Translations under genes and position numbers: made by a program
Shown: one piece after another, positions 45,416-55,093 of the stretch
Numbering within the stretch: position 1 is the first letter of the stretch
Layout of the letters: each line of letters opens with the position of its first letter
NCBI GenBank assembly: GCA_000995185.1
Contig: LCET01000002.1
Span: 220-64,219, forward strand
Direction of reading: 5' to 3'
DNA from: Candidatus Woesebacteria bacterium GW2011_GWC1_42_9
Lineage (GTDB): Bacteria > Patescibacteriota > Microgenomatia > UBA8517
Length of the DNA: 64,000 bases
Notes under the pieces: model-generated
Databases searched by the model: none
What the model saw: only the letters and a program-made list of their open reading frames with translations
Told to the model about the DNA's origin: nothing

Positions 45416-47413
45416 ATGATAAATAAAAAAATAACCAAATCTCTCTCTGATGAGATCAAGATTAAAGCTAAGATAAGCAAGATAAAGATTGAAACACCAA
45501 AGGGTAGACCTCTGCTCCATTGGGTTAATAAACACCCGTTAGAATATGTCACAGGCTTCCCGACACAGCTAACAGAAGTCTTCGACCCTCAGAAGAAAGA
45601 CAAATTCCCAGAAACTCCTAAATACAACGAGCTTGAAAAGAACTGGCACAATCTCTTATTTCATGGTGACAACAAAGAAGTTTTAGCCACACTCCTCGAA
45701 CAAGGATTTAGAGGCAAGGTTGACCTTATTTATATCGATCCTCCGTTTGCCAGCAACAAGGACTACATGAGGAAAGTTGAGCTGCGGGGACTGAAAGATT
45801 TGGGCAGGATCGAGGAAGACAGCGAATCGATCATCCAGCAAACAATGTATGAAGATATTTGGAAAAGGGACGAATACTTCCAGTTCATGTATGAGAGGTT
45901 GATTTTACTGAAGGAATTGCTGGCAGAAACGGGCAGCATTTATGTTCACCTTGACTATCGAATGGTGCATTATATCAAGGCGTTCATGGACGAGATCTTC
46001 GGCGAAGACAATTTCAAAAACGAAATTACATGGAGAAGACAAATTCCAAGAGGTATGAAAGCACATGCCACCTTCCTGCCCTACAGCGCTGAATACATCC
46101 TGCTTTATACCAAAGGAGGGGGTGCAATATGGAATCAACCAATTAAGATAAACAAACTCTCGATAAAAGAGGCAGAGAAAAAATACATGAAAGATGAAAA
46201 AGGATTTTTCAGGACTTCAGACCCTGGAACTTTCTCCTTTGAGGGTCTTTTTGATCTTTATAAAAGGGGGAAATTATACGCACCCTACAATGGCAAGATT
46301 ATCGTGGACACAAAGAGTAAGAGAATTTATACCCAGAAAGGGAATCTGGGCATTAAGTATTACAGAAAAAGAGAAGGTAATTTTATTGTTGAAGAAACCC
46401 CAGTCGATAACATCTGGGAAGACATCCCAGGTTTGGGAGTAACACCGTCAGAGTGGTTAGGTTATCAGACTCAAAAGCCAGAGGCATTACTCGAACGAAT
46501 TATCAAAGCCTCTTCTGACTCAAATCATTTAGTTTTGGATTGTTTTATGGGGTCTGGAACAACATGTGCGGTGGCTCAAAAGTTAGGCAGGCGGTGGATT
46601 GGGGTTGATGTTAATAAAGGGGCAATTCAAGTTACCAGCAAGAGACTACAAAAAATCTCAAAAGACAAAAAAGAGGCAAAACACCCCACCTTTGCAGTTT
46701 ATAAAGTTAATAACTACAACCTGAGAATCTTAAAAACAGAGGCTAAGGAACTGGCTATCCAGCAATATGGAATTACTAAGGTCAAAACGGACACTTTCTT
46801 TGACGGTTTGCGGGATAGTGGTGAACTGGTCAAGGTTATAGATTTCAATCACCCCTTAACGCTACTTGACCTACAGCTAATCGTTGACGAGCTTAATAAA
46901 CGACCAGATGAAGACAGAGATGTTGTGGTTATCTCGCTGGGTCGAGAAACAAAGGTTGATGCTTGGATTGAGGAATGGAATAAAAAACAGCCCTATAAAG
47001 ACACCAGAAACAAGAAACGCATGCGTCAGTTTATTGTCTTCGACCTGAAAGACAAAAACTTTGTGAGTTACGAGCCATCAAAAGCAGATGTAGAAATTAA
47101 GCGGGTAGGCAAAGGCAAAGTAAAGATTAAAATTGTATCCTTTATCTCCCCCACGATCATTAAGCGCCTGGAGCTTGAACCAGGACTCTTGCAGAAGAAA
47201 ATCCCAGATTTCAGGTCGATGATCGATGTGGTGCTGGTTGACACGGATTACGACGGTGAAGTATTTAAGATTGGTTTCTCCGATGTCCCAGAAAAACAGA
47301 ACGATTTAGTTAAGGGTGAATACGAGCTTGAAATAAGCGAAAAGCCAACCAAAGTGGCAGTCAAAGTCATTGACATGTTGGGAGAAGAAGTCATGGTTAC
47401 CAAAGAGGTGTAA
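45416..47413 (+). CDS. DNA methyltransferase, beta-class amino-MTase (type III Mod-like)
   Basis: Motif IV (DLIYIDPPF) precedes motif I (LDCFMGSGTT), which is the beta-class order. Length is 665 aa. Confidence 0.8.
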   Translation: MINKKITKSLSDEIKIKAKISKIKIETPKGRPLLHWVNKHPLEYVTGFPTQLTEVFDPQKKDKFPETPKYNELEKNWHNLLFHGDNKEVLATLLEQGFRGKVDLIYIDPPFASNKDYMRKVELRGLKDLGRIEEDSESIIQQTMYEDIWKRDEYFQFMYERLILLKELLAETGSIYVHLDYRMVHYIKAFMDEIFGEDNFKNEITWRRQIPRGMKAHATFLPYSAEYILLYTKGGGAIWNQPIKINKLSIKEAEKKYMKDEKGFFRTSDPGTFSFEGLFDLYKRGKLYAPYNGKIIVDTKSKRIYTQKGNLGIKYYRKREGNFIVEETPVDNIWEDIPGLGVTPSEWLGYQTQKPEALLERIIKASSDSNHLVLDCFMGSGTTCAVAQKLGRRWIGVDVNKGAIQVTSKRLQKISKDKKEAKHPTFAVYKVNNYNLRILKTEAKELAIQQYGITKVKTDTFFDGLRDSGELVKVIDFNHPLTLLDLQLIVDELNKRPDEDRDVVVISLGRETKVDAWIEEWNKKQPYKDTRNKKRMRQFIVFDLKDKNFVSYEPSKADVEIKRVGKGKVKIKIVSFISPTIIKRLELEPGLLQKKIPDFRSMIDVVLVDTDYDGEVFKIGFSDVPEKQNDLVKGEYELEISEKPTKVAVKVIDMLGEEVMVTKEV

Positions 47414-47481
47414 TCAGATACCCCTCTCAAAGATTGCTGATTTAACTGCCCTTAATTGGGCAGTTTTTGTAAAAAATAAGT

Positions 47482-48087
47482 ATGATCGATATAAAAAACT
47501 TTAATCCTGGAAAAGACCTTGAAGAATTTCTGAAGCCCTATGGTGAGAAAGCGCTATCAGATTTTAGAGATAAAGTTACTGAAGACTTAAAAAGAATTTC
47601 TGAGAGACATAAAAGCCTGCTAAAAGATTCTGAAAACTTCAGACTACAGTTAATTACCATTGCTGGTGGGACAATTTCCATCTTTGTCGCCCTACAAGGA
47701 AACTTTGATATTTCGCTGCTGACAAAACTGGGTTTTGCTTGTTTGGGCATGTCTTTGATATTGGGCGTAGCCTCACTGTTTTTTGGTCTTGAATCAAAGC
47801 GGTTTGAAATTCAATTAGAGGAAAGCAGTAATTTATTCCAGCAGAAACAGGCGCTTGATTTTCTTGAAAAGTTTTATCGTCTCGACATCAGCCCAGAAAA
47901 AGAAATACTTTCATATTCTGAGAGCTTTAAGAAGGAATATGACACCGATCTCAAAAAGAGGCAGAAACAGATAAACAAAATTCTGAATTTTATACACCTG
48001 GATGCTCAAAAGGTTGAAAACGGACAGTTGATTTTATTTATGATAGGGATAATCCTTATCGTTTTAGGATTGTTCCTGCGTGTCTAA
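47482..48087 (+). CDS. Hypothetical membrane protein (3 TM)
   Basis: ORF with a helical N-terminal region and three TM helices. Confidence 0.4.
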   Translation: MIDIKNFNPGKDLEEFLKPYGEKALSDFRDKVTEDLKRISERHKSLLKDSENFRLQLITIAGGTISIFVALQGNFDISLLTKLGFACLGMSLILGVASLFFGLESKRFEIQLEESSNLFQQKQALDFLEKFYRLDISPEKEILSYSESFKKEYDTDLKKRQKQINKILNFIHLDAQKVENGQLILFMIGIILIVLGLFLRV

Positions 48088-48114
48088 TTAAGCAACCAAA
48101 AGGCAATTTTGTAA

Positions 48115-48837
48115 ATGACTATGAAAAACATAAATGATCTTCTAACTGAACTGGCTAAGGGCGCAACCCACATCATCAGCAAGCCAGAAACAATAAAGGA
48201 ACTCCAGAAACAAGGGGTAAAGTTTGATAAACCCCAAAGATTGACTCCTGAACAAGCTGTCGAAAGCATATTTTCTCAAAGAAAAGCCGTTGCCTTAGCC
48301 AATATAACCAAATTCTCTCCTCCGCCAGATATTGCTATCCCTACAATTGGCTTTCTTTATGATGAAATTCGTGAGTGTATTCTATTCGGGCTTTACGGGG
48401 CTGCCATCTCACTGAGCGCCGTCTTAGTGGAGTTTTCTCTTAAACATGCTATCGTCAGGAAGAAGTTTGGGAACACCTACAAAGAAAACGAGTGGGATAG
48501 GATTGAAGGTATGGAACTAAATCCGACCATCAATGAGGCTAAGCAATTAGGTATTATTGATAAAGAAACAGAAAAAAGGTTAATCAGCTTCAAAGACTCA
48601 ATTAGAAATCCTTATTTGCACTACAATATAAAGAAAATCACGAAAAATGTGGCTGCAAGAAAGGTGAAGCGGTTCGATATTAAAACAAGGGAAGTAAAAG
48701 AGGTTAATCTAAATGCCAAAGATAATCCTGTTGTTTGGGGCTTTGCTAAAAGATTTGTTGACAGGGAAATGGTTTTTCAAGTTTTTGGATTTGCAGACAA
48801 CTTGATCAGATACCTTTTTTCAAAAAACATTAAGTAA
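48115..48837 (+). CDS. Hypothetical protein (240 aa)
   Basis: ORF only. Confidence 0.4.
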   Translation: MTMKNINDLLTELAKGATHIISKPETIKELQKQGVKFDKPQRLTPEQAVESIFSQRKAVALANITKFSPPPDIAIPTIGFLYDEIRECILFGLYGAAISLSAVLVEFSLKHAIVRKKFGNTYKENEWDRIEGMELNPTINEAKQLGIIDKETEKRLISFKDSIRNPYLHYNIKKITKNVAARKVKRFDIKTREVKEVNLNAKDNPVVWGFAKRFVDREMVFQVFGFADNLIRYLFSKNIK

Positions 48838-48845
48838 TTTTTCAT

Positions 48846-49484
48846 TTAGTTCATCTCTACCATGAACATTAAGTCATCGTAAAAAACAAACACCCAAACG
48901 CTCATAGGTTCTTGCCCCTTCGCAAACATCCGCCACATTCTAAAAACTCCGTCTCCCTTTTCAACATAAAAGAATTTCTGATATAACATATCAACGATTT
49001 GTTGATTAGGAATGATGTTTGCCACCCTGAACTTGGCTTTGGAGTAGTCAATCTCTGGATTAAAGTAACGAGTAAAACCCTTAGTAAGCCTAACAAGATA
49101 TTTTTTGGCTTTTTTAATAGGATAAGTCATACCAGTTGCTGATGTTATTTGATCGTTGATAAGGGCTTTAATAGGCACAAGACTGTTTCTGGTAGCCGTT
49201 TTCAGTTTTGGACTTCTTTTGAAGGAAGACCCCATCACCTTATTATCCCAAACCCACTGCCCAGCCTTAGATCGATTAAGGGTTGATGACACAAAAACTC
49301 TGAATGACTCGTCAATAAGGGTATATTCTTCGTTGCACTTCCTGCAACATAATACGGTTGCCAAATTAGCTGGTTTGGGGGAAGGAAAAAGATTTTTTGG
49401 AGGAATGTGATCTCTGGTGAGATTTTTTGTTGAACCGCAAAGATAACAGCTATTTACCATGTTTATATTATGGGTATCTAACAC
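48846..49484 (-). CDS. HNH endonuclease-domain protein
   Basis: CYLCGSTKNLTRDHIPPKN ... CCRKCN is an HNH motif with flanking Cys pairs. Confidence 0.6.
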   Translation of the reverse strand: MLDTHNINMVNSCYLCGSTKNLTRDHIPPKNLFPSPKPANLATVLCCRKCNEEYTLIDESFRVFVSSTLNRSKAGQWVWDNKVMGSSFKRSPKLKTATRNSLVPIKALINDQITSATGMTYPIKKAKKYLVRLTKGFTRYFNPEIDYSKAKFRVANIIPNQQIVDMLYQKFFYVEKGDGVFRMWRMFAKGQEPMSVWVFVFYDDLMFMVEMN

Positions 49485-51018
49485 TCAGACACGGTATAAT
49501 TATATCAGTATGCACTGGTTTGATCTTAACTTAGGACAATACGACTTAGCCGAGAGATGGGTTGGTCTGGATTATAAGAAGCTTTTCTTAGACCCCCTCT
49601 TGGCGGACATTACTTACGCCCATGAAGCGAGCCATGGTGTGATGGCGCTACAGTCAGACTTTGGGCAGGCAACAAATGTTATTTTCAAACTGCAAGACAG
49701 CTTTACCAAAATACAATCAGACGAAGTTGATTTGATATTAAAGTCTTTGTTTCAATCCCAAGACAAAGTTCAAGAAGGATTTGCTACTTTTATGGAGATT
49801 TCTCGACTGAGAGCATTAACTACAAAACAAAACGCTCTGGCATGGGCGCAACAAAATCTTCCTCCTGCATATAAGCAATATCTTGCACCGCTTCTTTTTG
49901 GATTCGAATTGTCAAAGGGTTATAGGGAGTTTTTTACGGCAAAAGTAAGCTGGTTGGCAATGGAAACAGGAATAAGAAAAGCCCTGTATGAGCAAGACTT
50001 ACTATCAGACACATCCAAGTTGGCGACTTATTTGTCAGATGAAGACAATAACCCTAATGTCAGATTACTTAAAATCTGCGACACATTAAGAATTAAATCG
50101 TGGCTGGTTACTAAGGATAATCCAACCTTAGCAAAAGAATGCGGGGTAAAGTATCATGAACCTGCCACCAAAGCTGAAGTTGCTGAGTTTTTGAGCTATA
50201 CGACAGGATTTACTGACAACCCCCAACACTTTTCTCCAGAACAGATCGGGGATACTCCACAAGGAGCAGATGCTTTTATTCAAGTGTCAAAAAACATGAT
50301 CGTTGCCAATTTGAATCTGAAATTAGCGGAGACGGCAAAGGTGATGTTTAATCTTAATTACTTCTTAAACATAGCCTCCAACATCGAGATTATATTTATT
50401 AACCCCCACGATAAGGACTGGAAACACCGTGATTTGATCAAGTTGGTAAGTGGCGAAGAACCAGAGGTTGCTATTGGTGGATTTACAACAGACGACCAGA
50501 AATACCTTACAGTCACTTCCAGAGAAAAGGCATCAGAAGTAATTAACAACGATTTACGCCATGCCACGCTATTTGTTAAATGGGGAGGATATAATCTCTC
50601 CAAAAATCAGCTAATATGGAGCGAGACAGTTCGCCCACCTGACCTTGTGGTTTATAACACAATCGATCAGTTGCAAGACAGAATAAAGCAAATTCTCGCT
50701 ACTGTCCCAGATATAAAATTCCAACACCTACATTTAGGAGCGAGCGAAGGACACCCTTTTCAATCTTTGCTGTTAAAAATTGGTGACTTATCGCCTCTTC
50801 ATATCGTGAATTGTTTTGGGAATAAGGGTATTTCAGAGACAATTGGGTTGATGAGTGGCAAAACGAGAGTAATTACCCATGACGGGCTGAAAACTCAAAA
50901 ACAACACATCAATAACCTTATGTGTTTGTGGATGGGGATGCCGTGGAAAGTAGATTGGGTAGAAACGATGATAAATGGGAAGAAGATTGTTTTTAGAGAG
51001 GAGCGTAACAGCGCTTGA
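49459..51018 (+). CDS. Hypothetical protein (519 aa) with HExxH motif
   Basis: ITYAHEASHGV may define a metallopeptidase-like site. No family was recognised. Confidence 0.4.
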   Translation: MFILWVSNTQTRYNYISMHWFDLNLGQYDLAERWVGLDYKKLFLDPLLADITYAHEASHGVMALQSDFGQATNVIFKLQDSFTKIQSDEVDLILKSLFQSQDKVQEGFATFMEISRLRALTTKQNALAWAQQNLPPAYKQYLAPLLFGFELSKGYREFFTAKVSWLAMETGIRKALYEQDLLSDTSKLATYLSDEDNNPNVRLLKICDTLRIKSWLVTKDNPTLAKECGVKYHEPATKAEVAEFLSYTTGFTDNPQHFSPEQIGDTPQGADAFIQVSKNMIVANLNLKLAETAKVMFNLNYFLNIASNIEIIFINPHDKDWKHRDLIKLVSGEEPEVAIGGFTTDDQKYLTVTSREKASEVINNDLRHATLFVKWGGYNLSKNQLIWSETVRPPDLVVYNTIDQLQDRIKQILATVPDIKFQHLHLGASEGHPFQSLLLKIGDLSPLHIVNCFGNKGISETIGLMSGKTRVITHDGLKTQKQHINNLMCLWMGMPWKVDWVETMINGKKIVFREERNSA

Positions 51019-51318
51019 TACCCTGTGTGGGGCTTTTGTGGCTGGGGTGGCAAGTTTCACCTCTGTTTGACTTCACCGACCTTGTTGGGCGTTTGTTGCA
51101 GAATCGCTTGATATTACTTGCCGTTTCATTTATCTTCTGAGTTGGTAGGCTTCTGAGGGTAGAAATTCGGATGCTACCGCTCGTAGATGGAGGAACGTCC
51201 GACCTCCCAAAGCCTACCGTCTATTGACGCCAGAAAACCCCTCCTTACCGCTGGCGGGCAAGAAATTGTTGGATGGGAGGACTGAGAGGGTCTCCCCATA
51301 GATCGCCATGACTCCAGC

Positions 51319-52050
51319 TTAATTTTTCGCCAGATCGTAAGTGTCGTTATCATAAACGATTATCTGCCCACCATTGGTGATGGTAACACTTACAAGTTCC
51401 TTTGTCTTGCCGTCTTCATCATCTGTCTTCCATTTAAGGAAGAAGTTGCCAGGTTTCGTTCCCTCAAACTCGTAGGTCATCTTGGTGATGTCAACCCCAA
51501 AGATGCCTTTGTGATCGGTTAGGAACTTCTCGGCTACGGGGCGGATCGCTTCTGGTGTGGTATAGCGTCCTGAGTAGTCATACTCTGGCATGGGGTCAAA
51601 CCAGCGTGTGCCATCCTCCTTCGTTCCCCATCTGCGTTCGGCTTCGTGAATCTCAATGATGTAGTTGGTCTTGGGATCGATGCTAAAAGCAAATCTGGCA
51701 GCTTCATAATACTCAGTATTACCCCTTCCGCAGGTAAATTCTACAGGGACATCTGGCATACCCAGAAACTCCTTAACATTGGCTACTGCTTCTTCTCGTT
51801 CCGCAGCTGGTCTGGATTTTAAGAGGCAGTATTGCTGCTTCGCCTCTTTGTATTCCTGAGAGTCTTTGTCTTTAACCTCCATCATGACCGCTTCAAGCCT
51901 GGCAATTTCCTTATCTCTCTCCTTAGTTTGTAAAGTCTGAACAACCTTTGATTGACTGACCAAGCGAGGGGCTAAAACCACTGCAAGAATGGCGATGACG
52001 GCAAGGATAAGGATAACGGGCAAAAGACGAGATTTATTTTTATGCTTCAT
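51319..52050 (-). CDS. Hypothetical secreted/membrane-anchored protein
   Basis: N-terminal TM/signal (LLPVILILAVIAILAVVLA). Confidence 0.45.
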   Translation of the reverse strand: MKHKNKSRLLPVILILAVIAILAVVLAPRLVSQSKVVQTLQTKERDKEIARLEAVMMEVKDKDSQEYKEAKQQYCLLKSRPAAEREEAVANVKEFLGMPDVPVEFTCGRGNTEYYEAARFAFSIDPKTNYIIEIHEAERRWGTKEDGTRWFDPMPEYDYSGRYTTPEAIRPVAEKFLTDHKGIFGVDITKMTYEFEGTKPGNFFLKWKTDDEDGKTKELVSVTITNGGQIIVYDNDTYDLAKN

Positions 52051-52067
52051 TTTTATTTTTCACCTCC

Positions 52068-53081
52068 TTACTTCAGATATTTTTCAATGTTGGCTAAATG
52101 TTCTCTGTAGGTCTTGGCGCAGTGAATTTGCCTGTTTGAGTCGTGAAGATAATAAAGGCAATCAGTCTCGGTGGAGTTAAGGACGGCGTCAATGGCATCC
52201 AGTCCTGGATTGGAGATGGGAAAGGGAGGCAAACCAGTGTATTTATAAGTATTATATTTTGAGTCGATCTCTTTGTCGGCTGGTGTAATTGGTTTCCAGA
52301 ATCCAGTAGTAAGATTATCCCTGTCGTCTCTGGCATACTGGACGGTAGCATCAACTTCCAACTTCATATCTTTCAAAAGACGATTCCAAAGGATTCCAGC
52401 AATAAGGGGCATATCTTCTTTACCTGCTGCCTCTCGCTGGACGATGGAGGCAATTTTTAATGCCGTTGTCCATTTAACATTTTGTTTTAGGAATTTAGTC
52501 ATGTAGGGGGCAAACTCCTCGTCAAAGCGCCTTCTGAGACGATTAGCGACATCCAGACCACTCTCATTAACAGGGATGAGGTAAGTATCGGGGAAATAAA
52601 CTCCTTCCAAGTGGTCATAGTCCATAGCCGTGTAGGTGTAATTCCAGTCATGAAGCTGTTTTTCATCCCACCCCAGAATCTTTGCCAGGCGTTCTCCAGT
52701 CTCTTCCTTACGGAGTCCTTCAGGGATTACTACCCACTTCATATAAGGGGTAGAGGTAAGGGTCTTAGCCACCTCCCAGGCATTCATATTTTTATTGAGA
52801 TTGTATGCACCAGGCTCGATAGATTTGTTCCTCCGAGACAAGGTAAAACTAAACCCCAAAGGACTTCTGATATACCCCTGTTCGGATAGATCTTCAATGA
52901 CCTGCTTTTGGGATATCTGAAGACCAACAGTAAAGATACCTGCCTCCGTCTCACTAAGCCTCCTTTGAGGAGCGCCAAAGAAAAGTTGGAAGGCAATAAC
53001 GGAAGAAACAACCAAAATAAGCAGGCTTACCCCTGCCCAAAACCACCATTTTTTGATTACTTTACTCATTTTTATTGTCAT
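52068..53081 (-). CDS. mltG: Endolytic murein transglycosylase MltG/YceG family
   Basis: N-terminal TM and YceG-like motifs (IPEGLRKEE, ASIVQREAAGKED, GILWNRL). Confidence 0.7.
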   Translation of the reverse strand: MTIKMSKVIKKWWFWAGVSLLILVVSSVIAFQLFFGAPQRRLSETEAGIFTVGLQISQKQVIEDLSEQGYIRSPLGFSFTLSRRNKSIEPGAYNLNKNMNAWEVAKTLTSTPYMKWVVIPEGLRKEETGERLAKILGWDEKQLHDWNYTYTAMDYDHLEGVYFPDTYLIPVNESGLDVANRLRRRFDEEFAPYMTKFLKQNVKWTTALKIASIVQREAAGKEDMPLIAGILWNRLLKDMKLEVDATVQYARDDRDNLTTGFWKPITPADKEIDSKYNTYKYTGLPPFPISNPGLDAIDAVLNSTETDCLYYLHDSNRQIHCAKTYREHLANIEKYLK

Positions 53082-53400
53082 ATTTAGGTGTAGGTGGCGA
53101 TGTTAGCTTCCTTTGGGGAGTAAAGTCAAATCCAACAAAAAAAGCTCCCAGCCAGCGATAATCCTTGCGGACTACCTGCAGCCCTTTCGAGCTACAACCT
53201 TCGCAGATGCTCTGACTGAGAGCTTTCTTCTGCGAAGGTTTTCTTAGCCATGCCCCAAAGGGTTTAGGCTTTATGTTTCTATTTTATCAATTTATCAATT
53301 TTCCTGCCATACCCCTTAGTTTTGGCTTAAAAGACTCGTCTTTGGTAAAATTATCAGTAAAGTTACTTTAAGGGGTGCGGTTAAATTACCCGATATTACA

Positions 53401-54333
53401 ATGAAAGTTAAAAAGAAAATTACTCCTGTTAAACGAATAGAAAAAGTCTATGAACCTGAAGTAATCCCCGACAGGACGGATGAGCTAATAAAAAAAGCAG
53501 AAGAAGCAAATATCAGACTTCATGAACAAGCACTTGCGGAAAGAAGACACAAAGAAGATCTCAAACAAAGAAGAATCCTGGTAGCCAAAGAGGATAAATT
53601 CGCTCACGCCATAAATCTCATTATCGAACGGGTAGAATACCAAAACTCCCCCAGTATCTGTATTGATTTGAACGAGCTTAATTTTGAAAACACCATTGGT
53701 GATGTAAAAACTTTAATGTGCTGGTTTGAAGAATTGAAAAACTTTGGTGGATTTAAGCATTACTCCAAACAAAACTACACTGGGGGTGCGAGATTTTATC
53801 TTACAGGACTCAATGTCGGGAAACTTAAACAATACAAAAATCAGGTAGGTTTATTACCGCACGGAAAAGGAATACTTAAATTACCTCCAGAGGTTAAATG
53901 GGAAGACATTACGATTCGGTTTCTCAATGGAGATGAGGTGTTAATAAAATGTGGCAATCTAAGTCGCCACACAAATTATGAAGATATGGGTTTCTTAGAC
54001 AAAAGAACTAAGTCAGCCAAAACACCTAATAAGCCCAATAAGCAATGGAGTTTTCTCAAAGGGTTATCTGAGACAAAAGGAGAGATTTCGTGGAGAAGTT
54101 CAACCGCCACACCACAAGGGAAAAAACAAAAACAGCTTTTATCAGAAAGGCTCAAAAAATACTTTGGCATTGATAACGACCCGTTTTACTCCTATAAAAA
54201 TGAGAAGGCTTATAAAATCAGGCTCACTTTAATACCCGAACAGAAAGATAATGAGAGCGACAAAGGGTCGGATTCCGATTTAGAAGAATTTTACAAGGAA
54301 CAAACACCAGAAGTTTACGACAAACATACTTAG
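53401..54333 (+). CDS. Hypothetical protein (310 aa), Lys-rich
   Basis: First ORF of the element. No family was recognised. Confidence 0.4.
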   Translation: MKVKKKITPVKRIEKVYEPEVIPDRTDELIKKAEEANIRLHEQALAERRHKEDLKQRRILVAKEDKFAHAINLIIERVEYQNSPSICIDLNELNFENTIGDVKTLMCWFEELKNFGGFKHYSKQNYTGGARFYLTGLNVGKLKQYKNQVGLLPHGKGILKLPPEVKWEDITIRFLNGDEVLIKCGNLSRHTNYEDMGFLDKRTKSAKTPNKPNKQWSFLKGLSETKGEISWRSSTATPQGKKQKQLLSERLKKYFGIDNDPFYSYKNEKAYKIRLTLIPEQKDNESDKGSDSDLEEFYKEQTPEVYDKHT

Positions 54334-54474
54334 TTAACGAATTTTACCAATAAGCACTACTTGTTAAATAGCCCGCAATAGCGGGCATTTTTAATCCTCT
54401 GCATTTTTCACCGTGAATTTTCCCCATTTACTTAATAGAAGGGCTTTTTTAACGAAGCTATTAGCCAAAATTAT

Positions 54475-54759
54475 ATGGACAATAAATTAAACAACCATCA
54501 ACCAGGAAATTCTTCCTCTTTTAGCGAGAAACACCTATCCACTTATGACTTAGGGTTGAGCGCTGCCTTAGTGACTGAAGGCTTCCAGCTTGTTTCATTG
54601 GTGCGAGATAACCCAAAAAAAGTTCAGTTTATCTTCCTCCGAGAAAAAAACATCGAGAAATGTGTCGACGACTACTTTGCTGGGCGTTTGCTTGTGAACG
54701 CTCGTTCTCTTTTTGACAACACAAAAATGTTAAAAAACCGAATTTATTCGAGCGTATGA
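54475..54759 (+). CDS. DUF5659-domain protein
   Basis: YDLGLSAALVTEGFQLVSLVRDNPKKVQFIF matches the DUF5659 pattern common in CPR phages and mobile elements. Confidence 0.55.
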   Translation: MDNKLNNHQPGNSSSFSEKHLSTYDLGLSAALVTEGFQLVSLVRDNPKKVQFIFLREKNIEKCVDDYFAGRLLVNARSLFDNTKMLKNRIYSSV

Positions 54760-54763
54760 GCCT

Positions 54764-54946
54764 ATGATCAGCCAAAAACTTTTACAGGAATTAAAAGAAA
54801 TCTTGGAACATGACTATAAAGTCCGTCTTTCAATGCAGGAAGTTGCGGAGATTGGGGTAACTTTATTGCGATACTTCGAAACACTTATTGAGATTAAATC
54901 AAAAACCAATCTTGAAATGAAAGGAGGTGGTCTCAATGAGCGTTAA
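54764..54946 (+). CDS. Small hypothetical protein (60 aa)
   Basis: ORF only. Phage-like context. Confidence 0.3.
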   Translation: MISQKLLQELKEILEHDYKVRLSMQEVAEIGVTLLRYFETLIEIKSKTNLEMKGGGLNER

Positions 54947-55088
54947 AAAGGATTATGTCAAAGAATTAGAGGTAGCAAGGGAGAAGATGGAAGCAGCTAC
55001 TAAGAATTACTATGTCGCTCTCGAAAAGAAACTGATGAGCGAAGCTATAAAGCGAGGAATCGCTGAGGCAAAAGCGAAAAAAAGATAA
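54936..55088 (+). CDS. Small hypothetical protein (50 aa)
   Basis: aaggaggtgg RBS 5 nt upstream of the ATG. It is a helical, charged peptide and is absent from the supplied ORF track because it is under 60 aa. Confidence 0.3.
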   Translation: MSVKKDYVKELEVAREKMEAATKNYYVALEKKLMSEAIKRGIAEAKAKKR

Positions 55089-55093
55089 AAACT

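Noticed and set aside
51019-51318. Identification of the GC-rich spacer as tmRNA, RNase P RNA or SRP RNA
   Set aside because: None of the defining conserved motifs is present. These are the RNase P P4 GGAAAGUCCGG, the SRP AGGUCCGGAAGGAAGCAGC, and the tmRNA tRNA-like end with tag ORF. It is kept only as an unidentified structured element.
53190-53255. Hairpin accttcgcaga...tctgcgaaggt followed by ttttctt as a plus-strand terminator
   Set aside because: There is no plus-strand gene upstream to terminate, and mltG on the other strand starts at 53081. It is more likely an attachment-site or regulatory structure, so it is noted only within the mobile-element finding.
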